Part shown: in pieces, positions 27,444 to 37,473 of the stretch
Numbering within the stretch: position 1 is the stretch's first letter
Layout of the letters: every line of letters starts with the position of its first letter
Program-made: the position numbers and the translations under genes
Source: Acidimicrobiia bacterium
GTDB lineage: Bacteria > Actinomycetota > Acidimicrobiia > IMCC26256 > JAOSJL01
Assembly: GCA_027494115.1 (NCBI GenBank)
Contig: JAOSJL010000001.1
Coordinates: forward strand, 2,661,937-2,725,936
Length of the DNA: 64,000 nucleotides
Direction: 5' to 3'
Notes under the pieces: model-generated
Databases searched by the model: none
Seen by the model: the letters and a program-made list of their open reading frames with translations, nothing else
What the model was told of the DNA's origin: nothing

Positions 27444-27488
27444 GGCAATTCGGTCCCGGGCAATTCGGTCCCGGGCAATTCGGTCCCG
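27444..27488. repeat. 15-bp tandem repeat x3 perfect (degenerate units on both sides, 27429-27503)
   Basis: GGCAATTCGGTCCCG x3 lies in the 133-nt spacer between the AT3 gene stop (27502) and the metallophosphoesterase start (27368). Confidence 0.95.
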
Positions 27489-27501
27489 GGCAGGTGCCGC
27501 C

Positions 27502-29415
27502 CTACGGCGCAGCGTCGACGAGTTGGGGCATCACCCAGTTCGCGGCGATGTTCGCTCCCTCTCCTTCGAAGTGGATACCGTCGGGTCGGAGCACCACGCC
27601 GTCATCCTCGAGACGGCACTCACCGTCGGGACACGTGAACCCGTCGAGGTCGACGAGTGTGGCTCCTGTCGCGTCGGCCACAGCGCGGATGGCATCGTTG
27701 AAACAACCGAAGCGCTCCTCGGTGTCGGCGGGAACGCCGTCGGCGACGGCCGTGGGCGAGGTGCCGAGCGCCACGACAACTCCCGAAGCCTGAATCGCGC
27801 GTACCTCCGTGGTCATCGCATCGACGTAGAAGTCGGTGAACCTCGTGTCGCACGCCGTGAAGGTCTCGCCGTCGACCTCCCAGGTCGCGAGGCCCGGCGC
27901 CCCCTGGAAGATGAACGCGACGTCGGGATCCGACTCGGCGAGATCGTCGGGCCACTCTCCCGCACACAGGCTCGGGCGATGGCTCAGCAGGACGCATCCG
28001 GGCACAGCCTTGTTCCACGTGAAGACCGAATAGTCGTCTTGCACGTCCTGCATACCGAGACCGAGGAGTGCGCCCACCGAATCACCCAGCACGAGAACCG
28101 TGGTGGTGTCGGGCGCGTTCGGATCCGGTGTCGTGGGTCCCGGCGGTGCAGTGGGCGGCGGTAGATCGCCGTCGATCGCCAGTGCGGGGTCGAAGGGTGA
28201 GGATCGCGCGCCGGCGGTCGACGCGACGAGCGCGAGGACGGCGACGGCGGCGGCCGCTGGGGCGAGGACCTTGAACGTCGGCTTCGAGAGCGCACCTCGG
28301 CGGATCGGCATCTCGAGGACGAAGTACGACGTGACGGCGAACGCCAGGCTGACCGCCACACGGCACACGAAGAGTGGCCACCCGGTGAAGCCCATGCGCG
28401 CCGGACTCATCGTGACGAACACGGGCCAGTGCCAGAGGTAGAGGCCATACGAGATGAGTCCGAGCCAGCGCAACGGAGGGAACGACAGCGCGAGCCCGAG
28501 TGGCCCCGGGCGCGGTTTGGCTCCCGCGGCGATCACCGCCACGGCCCCGACGCCGCACGCGAACAGGCCACCCAGATAGAGAACGTCACTCGTTCCGTCG
28601 AGGGCCACCCACGCCCAGACCAGGCCCGCCGCGCCCACAATGCCCACACCTTCCACCGCGTGCCGGGCACGTGGTGTGCGCGCCGGACCTGTGCTGCGCA
28701 GCCAGACAGCGAGAGCCGCTCCGAGGAGAACCGCCATCGCCCGCGTGTCGGTCCCGAGATAGACGCGCTCGGGATCACCTCCCGGCGTGTACAGAACCAA
28801 CATCCACACTGCGGAGGCCACCGCGACACCGAGGGCAGTGAGAAAGACAGGTCGAAGCCGCCCCGAGCGCCAGCGGAGCAGACCCAGAACGACCAGGGGC
28901 CATATCAGGTAGAACTGCTCTTCGATAGCGAGGCTCCACGTGTGCTCCAGCGGCGAGGGAGCCACGAAGAGCTCCCAGTAGCTCGTCTCGGCGAAGATCG
29001 AATGCCAGTTGGCGACGTAGGCCACCGTGGCGATGCCGTCGGCCCGGATACGGGAGAGCTCGCCGGGATCGGCGAAGAGCCAGGCGTAGACCGCCACTCC
29101 GGCGAGCATCCCGAAGAGCGCCGGCAGCAGTCGGCGTGCGCGCCGTGCCCAGAAGGCGCCGAGCTTCACGGATCCCGTGGAACCCCACTCCTGGAGTAGC
29201 AACGAGGTGATGAGGAAGCCCGAAAGTACGAAGAAGAGGTCGACGCCGAGATAGCCGCCGGTCAGGTAGCCGCCGTGGAAGAACAGGACAGCGACCACGG
29301 CGGCGCCGCGAAGCCCGTCGAGTGCGGGCATGTGAGGAAGGGACCAACGGGAGACCACGGCGCACGGTGAGGCTACTGCCGGGGATTTCGGCCAACCGAC
29401 GCGTCCGTGACGCAC
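27502..29415 (-). CDS. AT3-SGNH O-acyltransferase (OatA/OafA-like), paralog 1
   Basis: PALDGLRGAAVVAVLFFHGG, GVDLFFVLSGFLIT, HTWSLAIEEQFYLIWP and YGLYLWHWPVF match acyltransferase-3. A linker leads to an SGNH domain with VLGDSVG and RPDGIHF. The start (29415 or a few codons downstream) is uncertain. Confidence 0.85.
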   Translation of the reverse strand: MRHGRVGWPKSPAVASPCAVVSRWSLPHMPALDGLRGAAVVAVLFFHGGYLTGGYLGVDLFFVLSGFLITSLLLQEWGSTGSVKLGAFWARRARRLLPALFGMLAGVAVYAWLFADPGELSRIRADGIATVAYVANWHSIFAETSYWELFVAPSPLEHTWSLAIEEQFYLIWPLVVLGLLRWRSGRLRPVFLTALGVAVASAVWMLVLYTPGGDPERVYLGTDTRAMAVLLGAALAVWLRSTGPARTPRARHAVEGVGIVGAAGLVWAWVALDGTSDVLYLGGLFACGVGAVAVIAAGAKPRPGPLGLALSFPPLRWLGLISYGLYLWHWPVFVTMSPARMGFTGWPLFVCRVAVSLAFAVTSYFVLEMPIRRGALSKPTFKVLAPAAAAVAVLALVASTAGARSSPFDPALAIDGDLPPPTAPPGPTTPDPNAPDTTTVLVLGDSVGALLGLGMQDVQDDYSVFTWNKAVPGCVLLSHRPSLCAGEWPDDLAESDPDVAFIFQGAPGLATWEVDGETFTACDTRFTDFYVDAMTTEVRAIQASGVVVALGTSPTAVADGVPADTEERFGCFNDAIRAVADATGATLVDLDGFTCPDGECRLEDDGVVLRPDGIHFEGEGANIAANWVMPQLVDAAP

Positions 29416-29560
29416 GCCTGGCGCGTCGCCTCGGGGCGGGTGTTTTGTGGTAATTTCAGCGAGCGCAGCACTGTCCGCGCGCCGTTGTTCGCGCGCACCC
29501 TGACGTCGGCCCGACGTCTTCGGTCACCGATTCCGGGTCGGTGCGGCGTTCGGAGACACC

Positions 29561-31544
29561 GTGGTGGACAGTCGACAAGAGCCACACAACCAGCGGACGC
29601 TCCGTCACGTACCGGCGCTCGATGGCCTGCGCGGCCTCGCGGTCGCCGGAGTTCTGCTCTTCCACGCCGGGCATCTCACCGGGGGCTATCTCGGCGTCGA
29701 CCTCTTCTTCGTACTTTCGGGCTTCCTGATCACGTCACTTCTGCTGGCGGAATGGCGCCGCGAACGCTCCGTCAATCTCGGCCACTTCTGGGCCCGTCGG
29801 GCGCGACGCCTGCTCCCGGCCCTGTTCGGGATGCTCGCCGGCGTAGCGGTGTACGCCATGGTCTTCGCCCAACCCGAGGAACTCGATCGCCTGCGGGTCG
29901 ACGCTCTCGCCACCATCGGGTACGTCGCCAACTGGAGTTCGATCGCCGGCGACCACGCCTACTGGGAGATCTTCGCCGCCCCCTCACCGCTGGAGCACGC
30001 CTGGAGCCTCGCGATCGAAGAGCAGTTCTACCTGATCTGGCCGCTGGTGTTCGTGGGGGTCTTCGCCTGGCGCCGCGGCTCGGCACGCACCCTCTTCTTC
30101 GTCAGTTCCGGCCTCGCCGTCGCTGCAGCGTTGTGGATGTGGACGCTCTACTCCCCCGGAGGCGACACCAACCGCGTCTACCTGGGCACCGACACCAGAG
30201 TGGCCGGAATCCTCATCGGAGCGGCACTCGCGTCCCTCGTGATGTGGCGTGGGCCCGTTCGCTCAGCGCTGTCACGCGTCTCCCTCGAGATCCTGGCCTG
30301 CGTTGCAGTGGTCGGGCTCGCCTTGGCCTGGTCGCGCGTGGGCGGCCAGACCGGAGGCCTCTACACCGGCGGCCTGTTCCTCTGCGGGCTCGCGGTGGCG
30401 CTGATCATCGCCGCGGCCTCGCATCCGACCAAGGGTCCGGTGTCGTACGCGTTGTCGCTGCCCGTCCTGCGGTGGCTCGGGCTCATCTCGTACGGCCTGT
30501 ATCTGTGGCACTGGCCCGTGTACGTCGTGTTCAGCCCCGAACGCACGGGGATCGACGGGTGGGCGCTCACCGGGATCCGCGTCGCCGTGAGCCTGGCCTT
30601 CGCCGTGCTGTCGTACTTCGTCCTCGAGATGCCGATCCGAAGGGGTGCTCTCCCGGGCTGGCGCATCGCCACGGTCGCCCCCGCCGCCGCCGTCATCCTC
30701 CTCGTCGCCCTTTTCAGCTCGACCGTCGGCGGTGTCCGTCAGACCGAGCTGGCGTTCTCCGAGGTGCCCCCGGCGGATCTTCCGAGCGAGGCGGAGCTCA
30801 CCCAGACCGATCCGAGCGTTCAGGTCGCGGGCGTGGCTGCCGACAACCCCAGCACGGCCCGCCAGCGACGTGTCCTGATCGTCGGCGACTCGGTGTCGGC
30901 GTTCCTCGGGCGCGAGATCGACGCTCTCCAATCAGAATGGTCGGTGAGTGCCCGCAATGGTGGACGCGGGGCCTGTGGCCTCAACGACGGTCAGCGTCGC
31001 ATCCGCACCGCTCAGGGTGACTACGTCACGCAGGAACCCCAGCTCTGCTCGGAGGGTTGGGACGCCTACGTCGACGCTTTTCGTCCCGATGTGATCTTTC
31101 TGGTGCTCGGAGCCCCGAGTATCTCGGAGTGGGAGATCGACGGCACATGGCGCGCCGTGTGAGCCCGAGTTCGACACGTGGTACCACGACCGCCTCGTCG
31201 AGGAGGTCGACAAGCTCACGACCTACGGAGGGAAGGTCGTCATCACGACCGCTCCCGAGACGCTGGCCGGCTGGGGTCCCGCCGACAAGACCTCCTCGAC
31301 GACCTGCGTCAACGCGGTCCACCGCGCCGTCGCCGGCGAGCATCCGCGGGCTTCGCTGGTCGACCTGCGTGCTCGGGTCTGTCCGGACGGTCAGTGCCAC
31401 CGCACGGAGCAGGGCGTCACGCTGCGTCCGGATGGCCTCCACTTCGAGGACGAGGGCGCCCGGATCATCGCCCGCTGGCTCGTTCCCCAGGGCCTCGACG
31501 CTGCCCCACCGGACCCACCCTCCGCGACCGCGGCCGAGCTCTGA
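29561..31544 (+). pseudogene. AT3-SGNH O-acyltransferase, paralog 2, frameshifted
   Basis: Same motifs as paralog 1 (LLFHAGH, IVGDSVS). After ...IDGTWRA the paralog-like tail CEPEFDTWYHDRL...RPDGLHFEDEG...AAEL* continues in another frame. The indel is near 31155-31158. Span is 1984 nt (3n+1). Confidence 0.8.
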
Positions 31545-31666
31545 GCTGCGCTTTCGGAGCCGGTGAGATCCCGTGGCAGTGACTTCACGATGCCAGCACG
31601 CGAACATCTGACTGTGGCGACCACCACTACTCCCCCCTCGTCCCCGCGTCCCCCGCGTCGTCCCCG

Positions 31667-33746
31667 TTGTCGACTGCGTCGTCCACCGTGTCGGCGACGC
31701 CCTCCGCGACGGTTGCTCGACCGACGACAACCGGTTCTGCACCACCTGATACGCCGGTGACCGACGCGCCGGGTGGGCTGAAGAACCGGATCCGCTATAT
31801 GCCCTCGCTCGACGGGATCCGGGGTCTGGGCATGCTCACGATCCTGATGTTCCATGCGGGCCACATTCGCGGTGGCTTCTTGGCCATCGAGGCCTTCTTC
31901 GGGCTCTCCGGTTTTCTCATCACATCGCTGCTGCTCTCCGAGCACGCCAAACACGGCTCGGTGGGCCTCGGAGCGTTCTGGGCCCGGCGCGTGCGGCGAC
32001 TTCTGCCGGCCATCCTGGCGCTCCTGGGTGGAATCGTCCTCTACGCCGTCGTTTTCGCCGCCGCCGACGAACTCGAGACGGTCCGCCGCGACGCACTCGC
32101 GACCCTCGGGTACGTTGCCAACTGGAATGCCGTCGCCGGCGGTCGCGACTACTGGGAGCTCTTCCAGTCGCCGTCACCTCTCGAGCACACGTGGACGCTC
32201 GCTATCGAAGAGCAGTTCTATCTGATCTGGCCGATTCTCTTCGTAGGGGTGTTCGCCTGGAAGTACGGGAATCCGAAAGTGCTCTTCGGGATCTGCGTCT
32301 CGCTGGCCGTGGCATCCACGGCCTGGATGTGGTTTCTCTACTCACCGAGTGAGTCGACGCAGCGCCTCTACATGGGAACCGACACACGCGCTACCGCGTT
32401 CCTCGCCGGATGTGCGCTGGCATGTCTGTTGTTCTGGCGTGGTGAGACCACATCACGTCGCGGGAAACTGTTGCTGAACGGCGCCGCCATCGTCAGCGTG
32501 GTGGTGATGGCGTTCATGTGGCTGTTCCTCACGGGTGAGTCACCGCTCGCCTACCGCGGCGGCATGTTCCTGCACACGATCCCTCTCCTGATCGTCATCG
32601 CTGCGGCGGCTCACTCGCACTCGGGACCTGTTTCGCGGTTCCTGTCCTTCCGACCCTTCGTGTGGATCGGACTCATCTCGTACGGCGTCTACCTGTGGCA
32701 CTGGCCTCTCTTCGTCGTTCTCGACGAGCAGCGCACCGGTCTCGACGGCTGGTCGCTCACCGCTGTTCGGCTCGCGGTGAGCCTTGCCGTCGGCGTCGGG
32801 TCCTATTGGCTCATCGAGATGCCGGTCCGCAAAGGGGCACTGCCCGGGTGGCGGATCAAAGCGCTCCTTCCGGCGGCAGGGCTCGGCGTGGCCGTCCTGC
32901 TCGTCATCTCCACAGCCGGCGCCAAGACCACGACGCAACTCGCCTTCCAGGGAGCCGAGGACGCTGCTGCCGCCGCCGAATCCGGACAAGCGCCACCCCC
33001 GCCACCCGACGTCGCCTCGCCCGACGACCCGCCGCGGGTGATGGTCGTCGGGGACAGTGTCGGCGTCTTCCTCGGCATCGCCATGAAGGACCGCGAGGAA
33101 GACCTCGGCGTCGTCTCCCACAACATCGCCGAGGGAGGGTGCATCTTCACCGAAGGGGCGGAACTGATGCGCTCGCCACAGGTCGGGGGCGTCGAGCTCA
33201 TCGAGCCTGCCGAGCACTGCACCGACAACTGGACAGCGGCAACCCAGGAGTTTCGGCCAGACGTGGTGTTCGCGGCGTTCGGTGGTGGAGCCCGCAGCGA
33301 TCCCGAAGTCGACGGCGAGTTCCTCGTGCCGTGCACACCCGAGTACGCGACCTGGTACAACGCCCAGTTCTCGGCCTCGATCGACGAGTTGACCGCGACG
33401 GGAGCGACCGTCGTCATCGCCACGACTCCCCCACTGGGAGGCCGGCGAATTCCAGGGACGCGGCGACGTGGAATCATGGCTCGACATCGTCAATTCCCGC
33501 ATCGACTGCATCGACGCCCTCAACGCGGACGTAGCCCGCTCCAACCCGAGCGTCGAACTCGTGGATCTCCGCGAGTTCGCTTGCCCCGGCGAGGAGTGCC
33601 TCGAGGAGCTCGACGGCGTGAAGATGCGTGAGGACGGGGTCCACTTCCAAGGCGAGGCGGCCGCGATCGTGAACGGGTGGATCGTTCCGCAGTTGATCGA
33701 CGCGATTCCCGCCGATCCTCCGGCGGCGGCAGAAACCCAGCTCTGA
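31667..33746 (+). pseudogene. AT3-SGNH O-acyltransferase, paralog 3, frameshifted
   Basis: Same motifs (LMFHAGH, VVGDSVG). After ...VVIATT the tail PHWEAGEFQGRGDVESWLDIVNSRID...REDGVHFQGEA... is in the -1 frame. There is an extra C in the C5 run 33428-33432. The start is uncertain (TTG 31667, GTG 31757 or ATG 31799). Confidence 0.8.
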
Positions 33747-33766
33747 CGTGACGGCGTGACTCGGCC

Positions 33767-35830
33767 ATGACGACAGCTCCGCCCACTGCTCCCGCAACCG
33801 CCCGGCCGGCACGGGCTCTGACTGACGACACTGAACCGTCGCCCCGTGCGCACACGGCAATGCACGGGGCTCGGCACCGCCTTCGCTACATGCCGGGCCT
33901 CGACGGTCTGCGGGGCCTGGCGGTCCTCGGAGTTCTCCTCTTCCACGCGGGTTACCTGGGTGGAGGCTTTCTCGGTGTCGATCTGTTCTTTGCTCTCTCG
34001 GGCTTCCTCATCACCTCGCTGCTTCTCGGCGAGCACCGGAACAGCGGGTCGGTCGGCCTCGGAGGGTTCTGGGCACGACGCGTGCGACGCCTGCTCCCCG
34101 CGATCCTCTTCCTCCTGGCCGGCGTGGCGCTGTACGCGGTGCTGTTCGCCGAGGCGGAGGAGCTGAACCGCCTGCGCGCCGAGGCACTCGCCACCCTCGG
34201 GTACGTGGCGAACTGGAACACGATCTTCGACGGCCAGAGCTACTGGGAGCTCTTCCAGGGTCCCTCTCCCCTGGAGCACACCTGGTCGCTGGCGATCGAG
34301 GAGCAGTTCTATCTGATCTGGCCATTGGCGTTCGCCGGCCTCTTCGCGTGGAAGCGCGGCTCACCCAAGGTTCTGTTCGGCATCTGCGTCTCCTTTGCCT
34401 TGGCGGCGGCCGCATGGATGTGGTTCCTCTACACGCCCGGCGGACCGACCCAACGTGTGTACGTCGGAACCGACACCCGCGCCATCAGCCTTCTCGCCGG
34501 TGGTGCTCTCGCCAGCCTGATCGCCTGGCGAGGAGAAGTTCGCAGCTCTCTCGGGCGCTGGGGCCTCGAAGCGGCAGCGATCCTCAGCGTCGTCGGTCTC
34601 ACCTGGGCCTGGATCGTCGCCGACGGTCAGGCCGACGATCTCTACCGTGGAGGGTTCCTGCTCCACGCGCTCGCTCTGGTCGTCCTCATCGCCGCCGTCG
34701 CCCATTCGACGCGCGGACCCGTCGCTCGCGCTCTGTCCTTCAAGCCCTTCGTGTGGATCGGCCTGATCTCGTACGGCCTGTACCTCTGGCACTGGCCCGT
34801 GTACGTCGTTCTCGACCAGCAGCGCACCGGCCTCGACGGTTGGGTTCTCACGGTCCTGCGGATCACGGTGAGCATCGCCATTGCCACCGTTTCCTACTTC
34901 CTCATCGAGATGCCGATCCGGCGCGGAGCGCTCTCAGGTTGGCGAATACAGACCGTGATGCCCGCAGCCGCTGTCGTCGTTGCCGCCCTCCTGGTTGTGA
35001 CGACGGCCGGGGGGAAGACGCCGACGCAACTCGCCTTCGACAGCACGGCCGCCTCCGCAGCGGAGCAGGCGGGCGACTCTGCTCCGCCGCCGCCCGCGGC
35101 CACGGCAGCCGACGAGCCGCGCATCCTCGTCGTCGGCGACTCCGTAGCGTGGTTTCTGGGGTTCGCACTGGAGGATCGCTCCGACGATCTCGGGGTCGTG
35201 GGTTACAACCGCGCGCTTCCCGGATGTGTCTTCGCGTCGGGCGCTACGCGGATGCGTACACAGCAACTCGACAGGAGCCAGCTCGTCGAACCGGCGGAGG
35301 ATTGCAGTGCCACGTGGGCCGACGACGTCGCGGCGTTCCAACCGGACGCGGTGCTCGTCGTGCTGGGCGGTGCCCCGCGTAGCGACGTCGAGGTCGACGG
35401 CGCCTGGCTCGACCCGTGCAGCGCGGAGTATGCCTCCTGGTACAGGTCGGCGTTTCCCCTGGCCGTGGCGACGCTGGGAGCGAACGGCGCCGTCGTCGCT
35501 GTCGCCATCGTGCCGGAATGGGGACAGGCCGGCTTCGAAGGCCGCGAGACCTTCACGTCGCACCGCGACATCGTGAACGAGCGGATTCGGTGCGTCAACG
35601 AGCTGAACGCAGACCTGACTCGAGCCGATCCCGATCTCGCGGGCGTCGACCTCTCGGCCTTCGTGTGCCCTCGGGGTGAGTGCCACGAGGAGATCAATGG
35701 TGTCTTACTGCGTGAGGACGGCGTCCACCTCGAAGGGCCCGCGGCTGTCCTCGCCAACGAGTGGTTCGTTCCGCAGCTCGTCGAGCTCATCCCCGCCGAA
35801 CCCCCACCTCCCGCGGAGACGAATCTCTAG
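33767..35830 (+). CDS. AT3-SGNH O-acyltransferase, paralog 4 (intact)
   Basis: 687 aa. LLFHAGY, HTWSLAIEEQFYLIWP, YGLYLWHWPVY, VVGDSVA and REDGVHLEG. Confidence 0.9.
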   Translation: MTTAPPTAPATARPARALTDDTEPSPRAHTAMHGARHRLRYMPGLDGLRGLAVLGVLLFHAGYLGGGFLGVDLFFALSGFLITSLLLGEHRNSGSVGLGGFWARRVRRLLPAILFLLAGVALYAVLFAEAEELNRLRAEALATLGYVANWNTIFDGQSYWELFQGPSPLEHTWSLAIEEQFYLIWPLAFAGLFAWKRGSPKVLFGICVSFALAAAAWMWFLYTPGGPTQRVYVGTDTRAISLLAGGALASLIAWRGEVRSSLGRWGLEAAAILSVVGLTWAWIVADGQADDLYRGGFLLHALALVVLIAAVAHSTRGPVARALSFKPFVWIGLISYGLYLWHWPVYVVLDQQRTGLDGWVLTVLRITVSIAIATVSYFLIEMPIRRGALSGWRIQTVMPAAAVVVAALLVVTTAGGKTPTQLAFDSTAASAAEQAGDSAPPPPAATAADEPRILVVGDSVAWFLGFALEDRSDDLGVVGYNRALPGCVFASGATRMRTQQLDRSQLVEPAEDCSATWADDVAAFQPDAVLVVLGGAPRSDVEVDGAWLDPCSAEYASWYRSAFPLAVATLGANGAVVAVAIVPEWGQAGFEGRETFTSHRDIVNERIRCVNELNADLTRADPDLAGVDLSAFVCPRGECHEEINGVLLREDGVHLEGPAAVLANEWFVPQLVELIPAEPPPPAETNL

Positions 35831-35841
35831 GCGGGAAGCCT

Positions 35842-37386
35842 CTAGTACGGGTAGGCCTCGCCCTGGTCGTGGCCGAGCCGGCGCGAGAGCCAGCCGATGC
35901 GCCGCCACAGCGCAAACTTGACCAGGAGATTCTTCGCCATCCAGGGGAACTGCGCGCACTGGCGCAGTGCGTTCCCGAAACGGGCCCATACACCGAGGTG
36001 CTCGCGCCGATACTCGGACATGGAACGCTCTCGGCCGACGTAGCGGAAGTCGGCACCGAGAAACAGCGTGCGGACAACGGCGAGGGTGACTCCCGCTGAG
36101 CTGAACGTGTCGTGGATGAGCATCGTGCCCCCGGGGCGTACCCGGCCTCCCCACGCCAGAATGTCCGCGGCCGCCTCGCCGGGCCGGTGCGAGCCGTCGA
36201 CGTACAGGAGGTCGATGGGACCGTCGACGGCGGCGAGCGCTCTGCTCGAGAACTCCCGTACGTAGCGGACCCGATCAGTCACTCCCGCCCGCTGGAGGTT
36301 CTCGACGAAGACTTCGTGATCCCCCTGGCCCGCTTCGGCGGGACCGCTCCATTCCGAAGGCCCACGGTCGTTTCCGGCATGGGGATCGATGGCCACGACC
36401 TCCACGTCGTCCCTGGCCGCGTTGGCGAGCACGATGGCGCTACGACCCTGGAAGCTGCCGATCTCGACGATGCGACCACCCGGTGGGACGGCCACGGCGC
36501 GGTCCCACAGGCGGCGCGCCTGGCCATCGCTCATCCAGCCCTCGACATCGGCAACCGACGCCAGGGTCGTCGCAAAGCCCGTATCCGCCGCTTCGCCACC
36601 CACCCCGTCCGTGCCGCCCACTTCCCTCTCCTTGGTCATTCGGATCACGCAGTTCCACGTCAGCACCTCCCGGACACCGGGAACTCGTGTGACAGCTCTC
36701 GCCCAGGGCCAGTAGCGCGGCTCGACCGAGTCGATACGCAGGCCCGCCGTGTCGTCGAACGTGCGAAGAGTCGGGCCGATGTGCACGGCGAAGAGAGCCT
36801 CACCGTAGCGGTTCTTCCGAGGCGGCCCGTGCCGGCGCTCGTACAACGACGGGCCGAGACGCGGACCGAGGAACTGGTACGGCGTCATGTCGTGGCCGCC
36901 CCACGGCGAGTACCAGTTCGTCCACGACAGGTAACACCACCCTCCGGGTCGGAGTACCCGGGCGATCTCACGCGCGACCGCGGCCGTGTCAGGGGTGTGC
37001 TCCAGCATGTTCGAGCAGAACACGCCGTCCAGCGACTGGTCGGGAACCGGAAGGCGTGTGGCGTCACCCAGCAGAACACCCGCCGGAACGTCTCTCGGAG
37101 ACCCGATCTCCTCCGGGTCGCCCTCGATCGCGACCACCGTCGCACCGGCCGCGCGTAGCGCGTCGGTGTAGTAGCCCGGACCGCAGCCCAGGTCGGCCAC
37201 CCGCTGACCCCGGAGCGGCCCGTGGCGCCACGCGAGATCTTCCACCGCCTCCGCCGCCAGGTAGCGGTAGAAGGGTCCGGGATTCTCACGCTCGTCGCGA
37301 AACAGCGTCCACAGAGTGCGAACACGGGCCATCCCGCGTCGACGCTTCATCTGCTCGGATCCCGAGGTCTCGGGCGATGTGTTCAT
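35842..37386 (-). CDS. fusion of two class I SAM-dependent methyltransferase domains (Methyltransf_11-like + Methyltransf_24/TylF-like)
   Basis: Track ORF 35842..37884 trimmed to ATG 37386 (MNTSPETSG...). Domain 1: VADLGCGPGYY, VFCSNMLEH, RPGGWCYLS. Domain 2: IVEIGSFQGRSAIVLA, LLYVDGSH, RPGGTMLIHD. Confidence 0.75.
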   Translation of the reverse strand: MNTSPETSGSEQMKRRRGMARVRTLWTLFRDERENPGPFYRYLAAEAVEDLAWRHGPLRGQRVADLGCGPGYYTDALRAAGATVVAIEGDPEEIGSPRDVPAGVLLGDATRLPVPDQSLDGVFCSNMLEHTPDTAAVAREIARVLRPGGWCYLSWTNWYSPWGGHDMTPYQFLGPRLGPSLYERRHGPPRKNRYGEALFAVHIGPTLRTFDDTAGLRIDSVEPRYWPWARAVTRVPGVREVLTWNCVIRMTKEREVGGTDGVGGEAADTGFATTLASVADVEGWMSDGQARRLWDRAVAVPPGGRIVEIGSFQGRSAIVLANAARDDVEVVAIDPHAGNDRGPSEWSGPAEAGQGDHEVFVENLQRAGVTDRVRYVREFSSRALAAVDGPIDLLYVDGSHRPGEAAADILAWGGRVRPGGTMLIHDTFSSAGVTLAVVRTLFLGADFRYVGRERSMSEYRREHLGVWARFGNALRQCAQFPWMAKNLLVKFALWRRIGWLSRRLGHDQGEAYPY

Positions 37387-37473
37387 CGCACGGCTTGCTA
37401 GCCGCCTCGTACCGTCCGAGTCAACGCGGACGCATACGATGAAGTCTTTTCCGGCGTCGACGAGGAGGCCCCG

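Noticed and set aside
27429-27503. Tandem 15-bp repeats as a CRISPR array.
   Set aside because: The units are contiguous with no spacers, are far shorter than CRISPR repeats, and no cas genes are present in the window.
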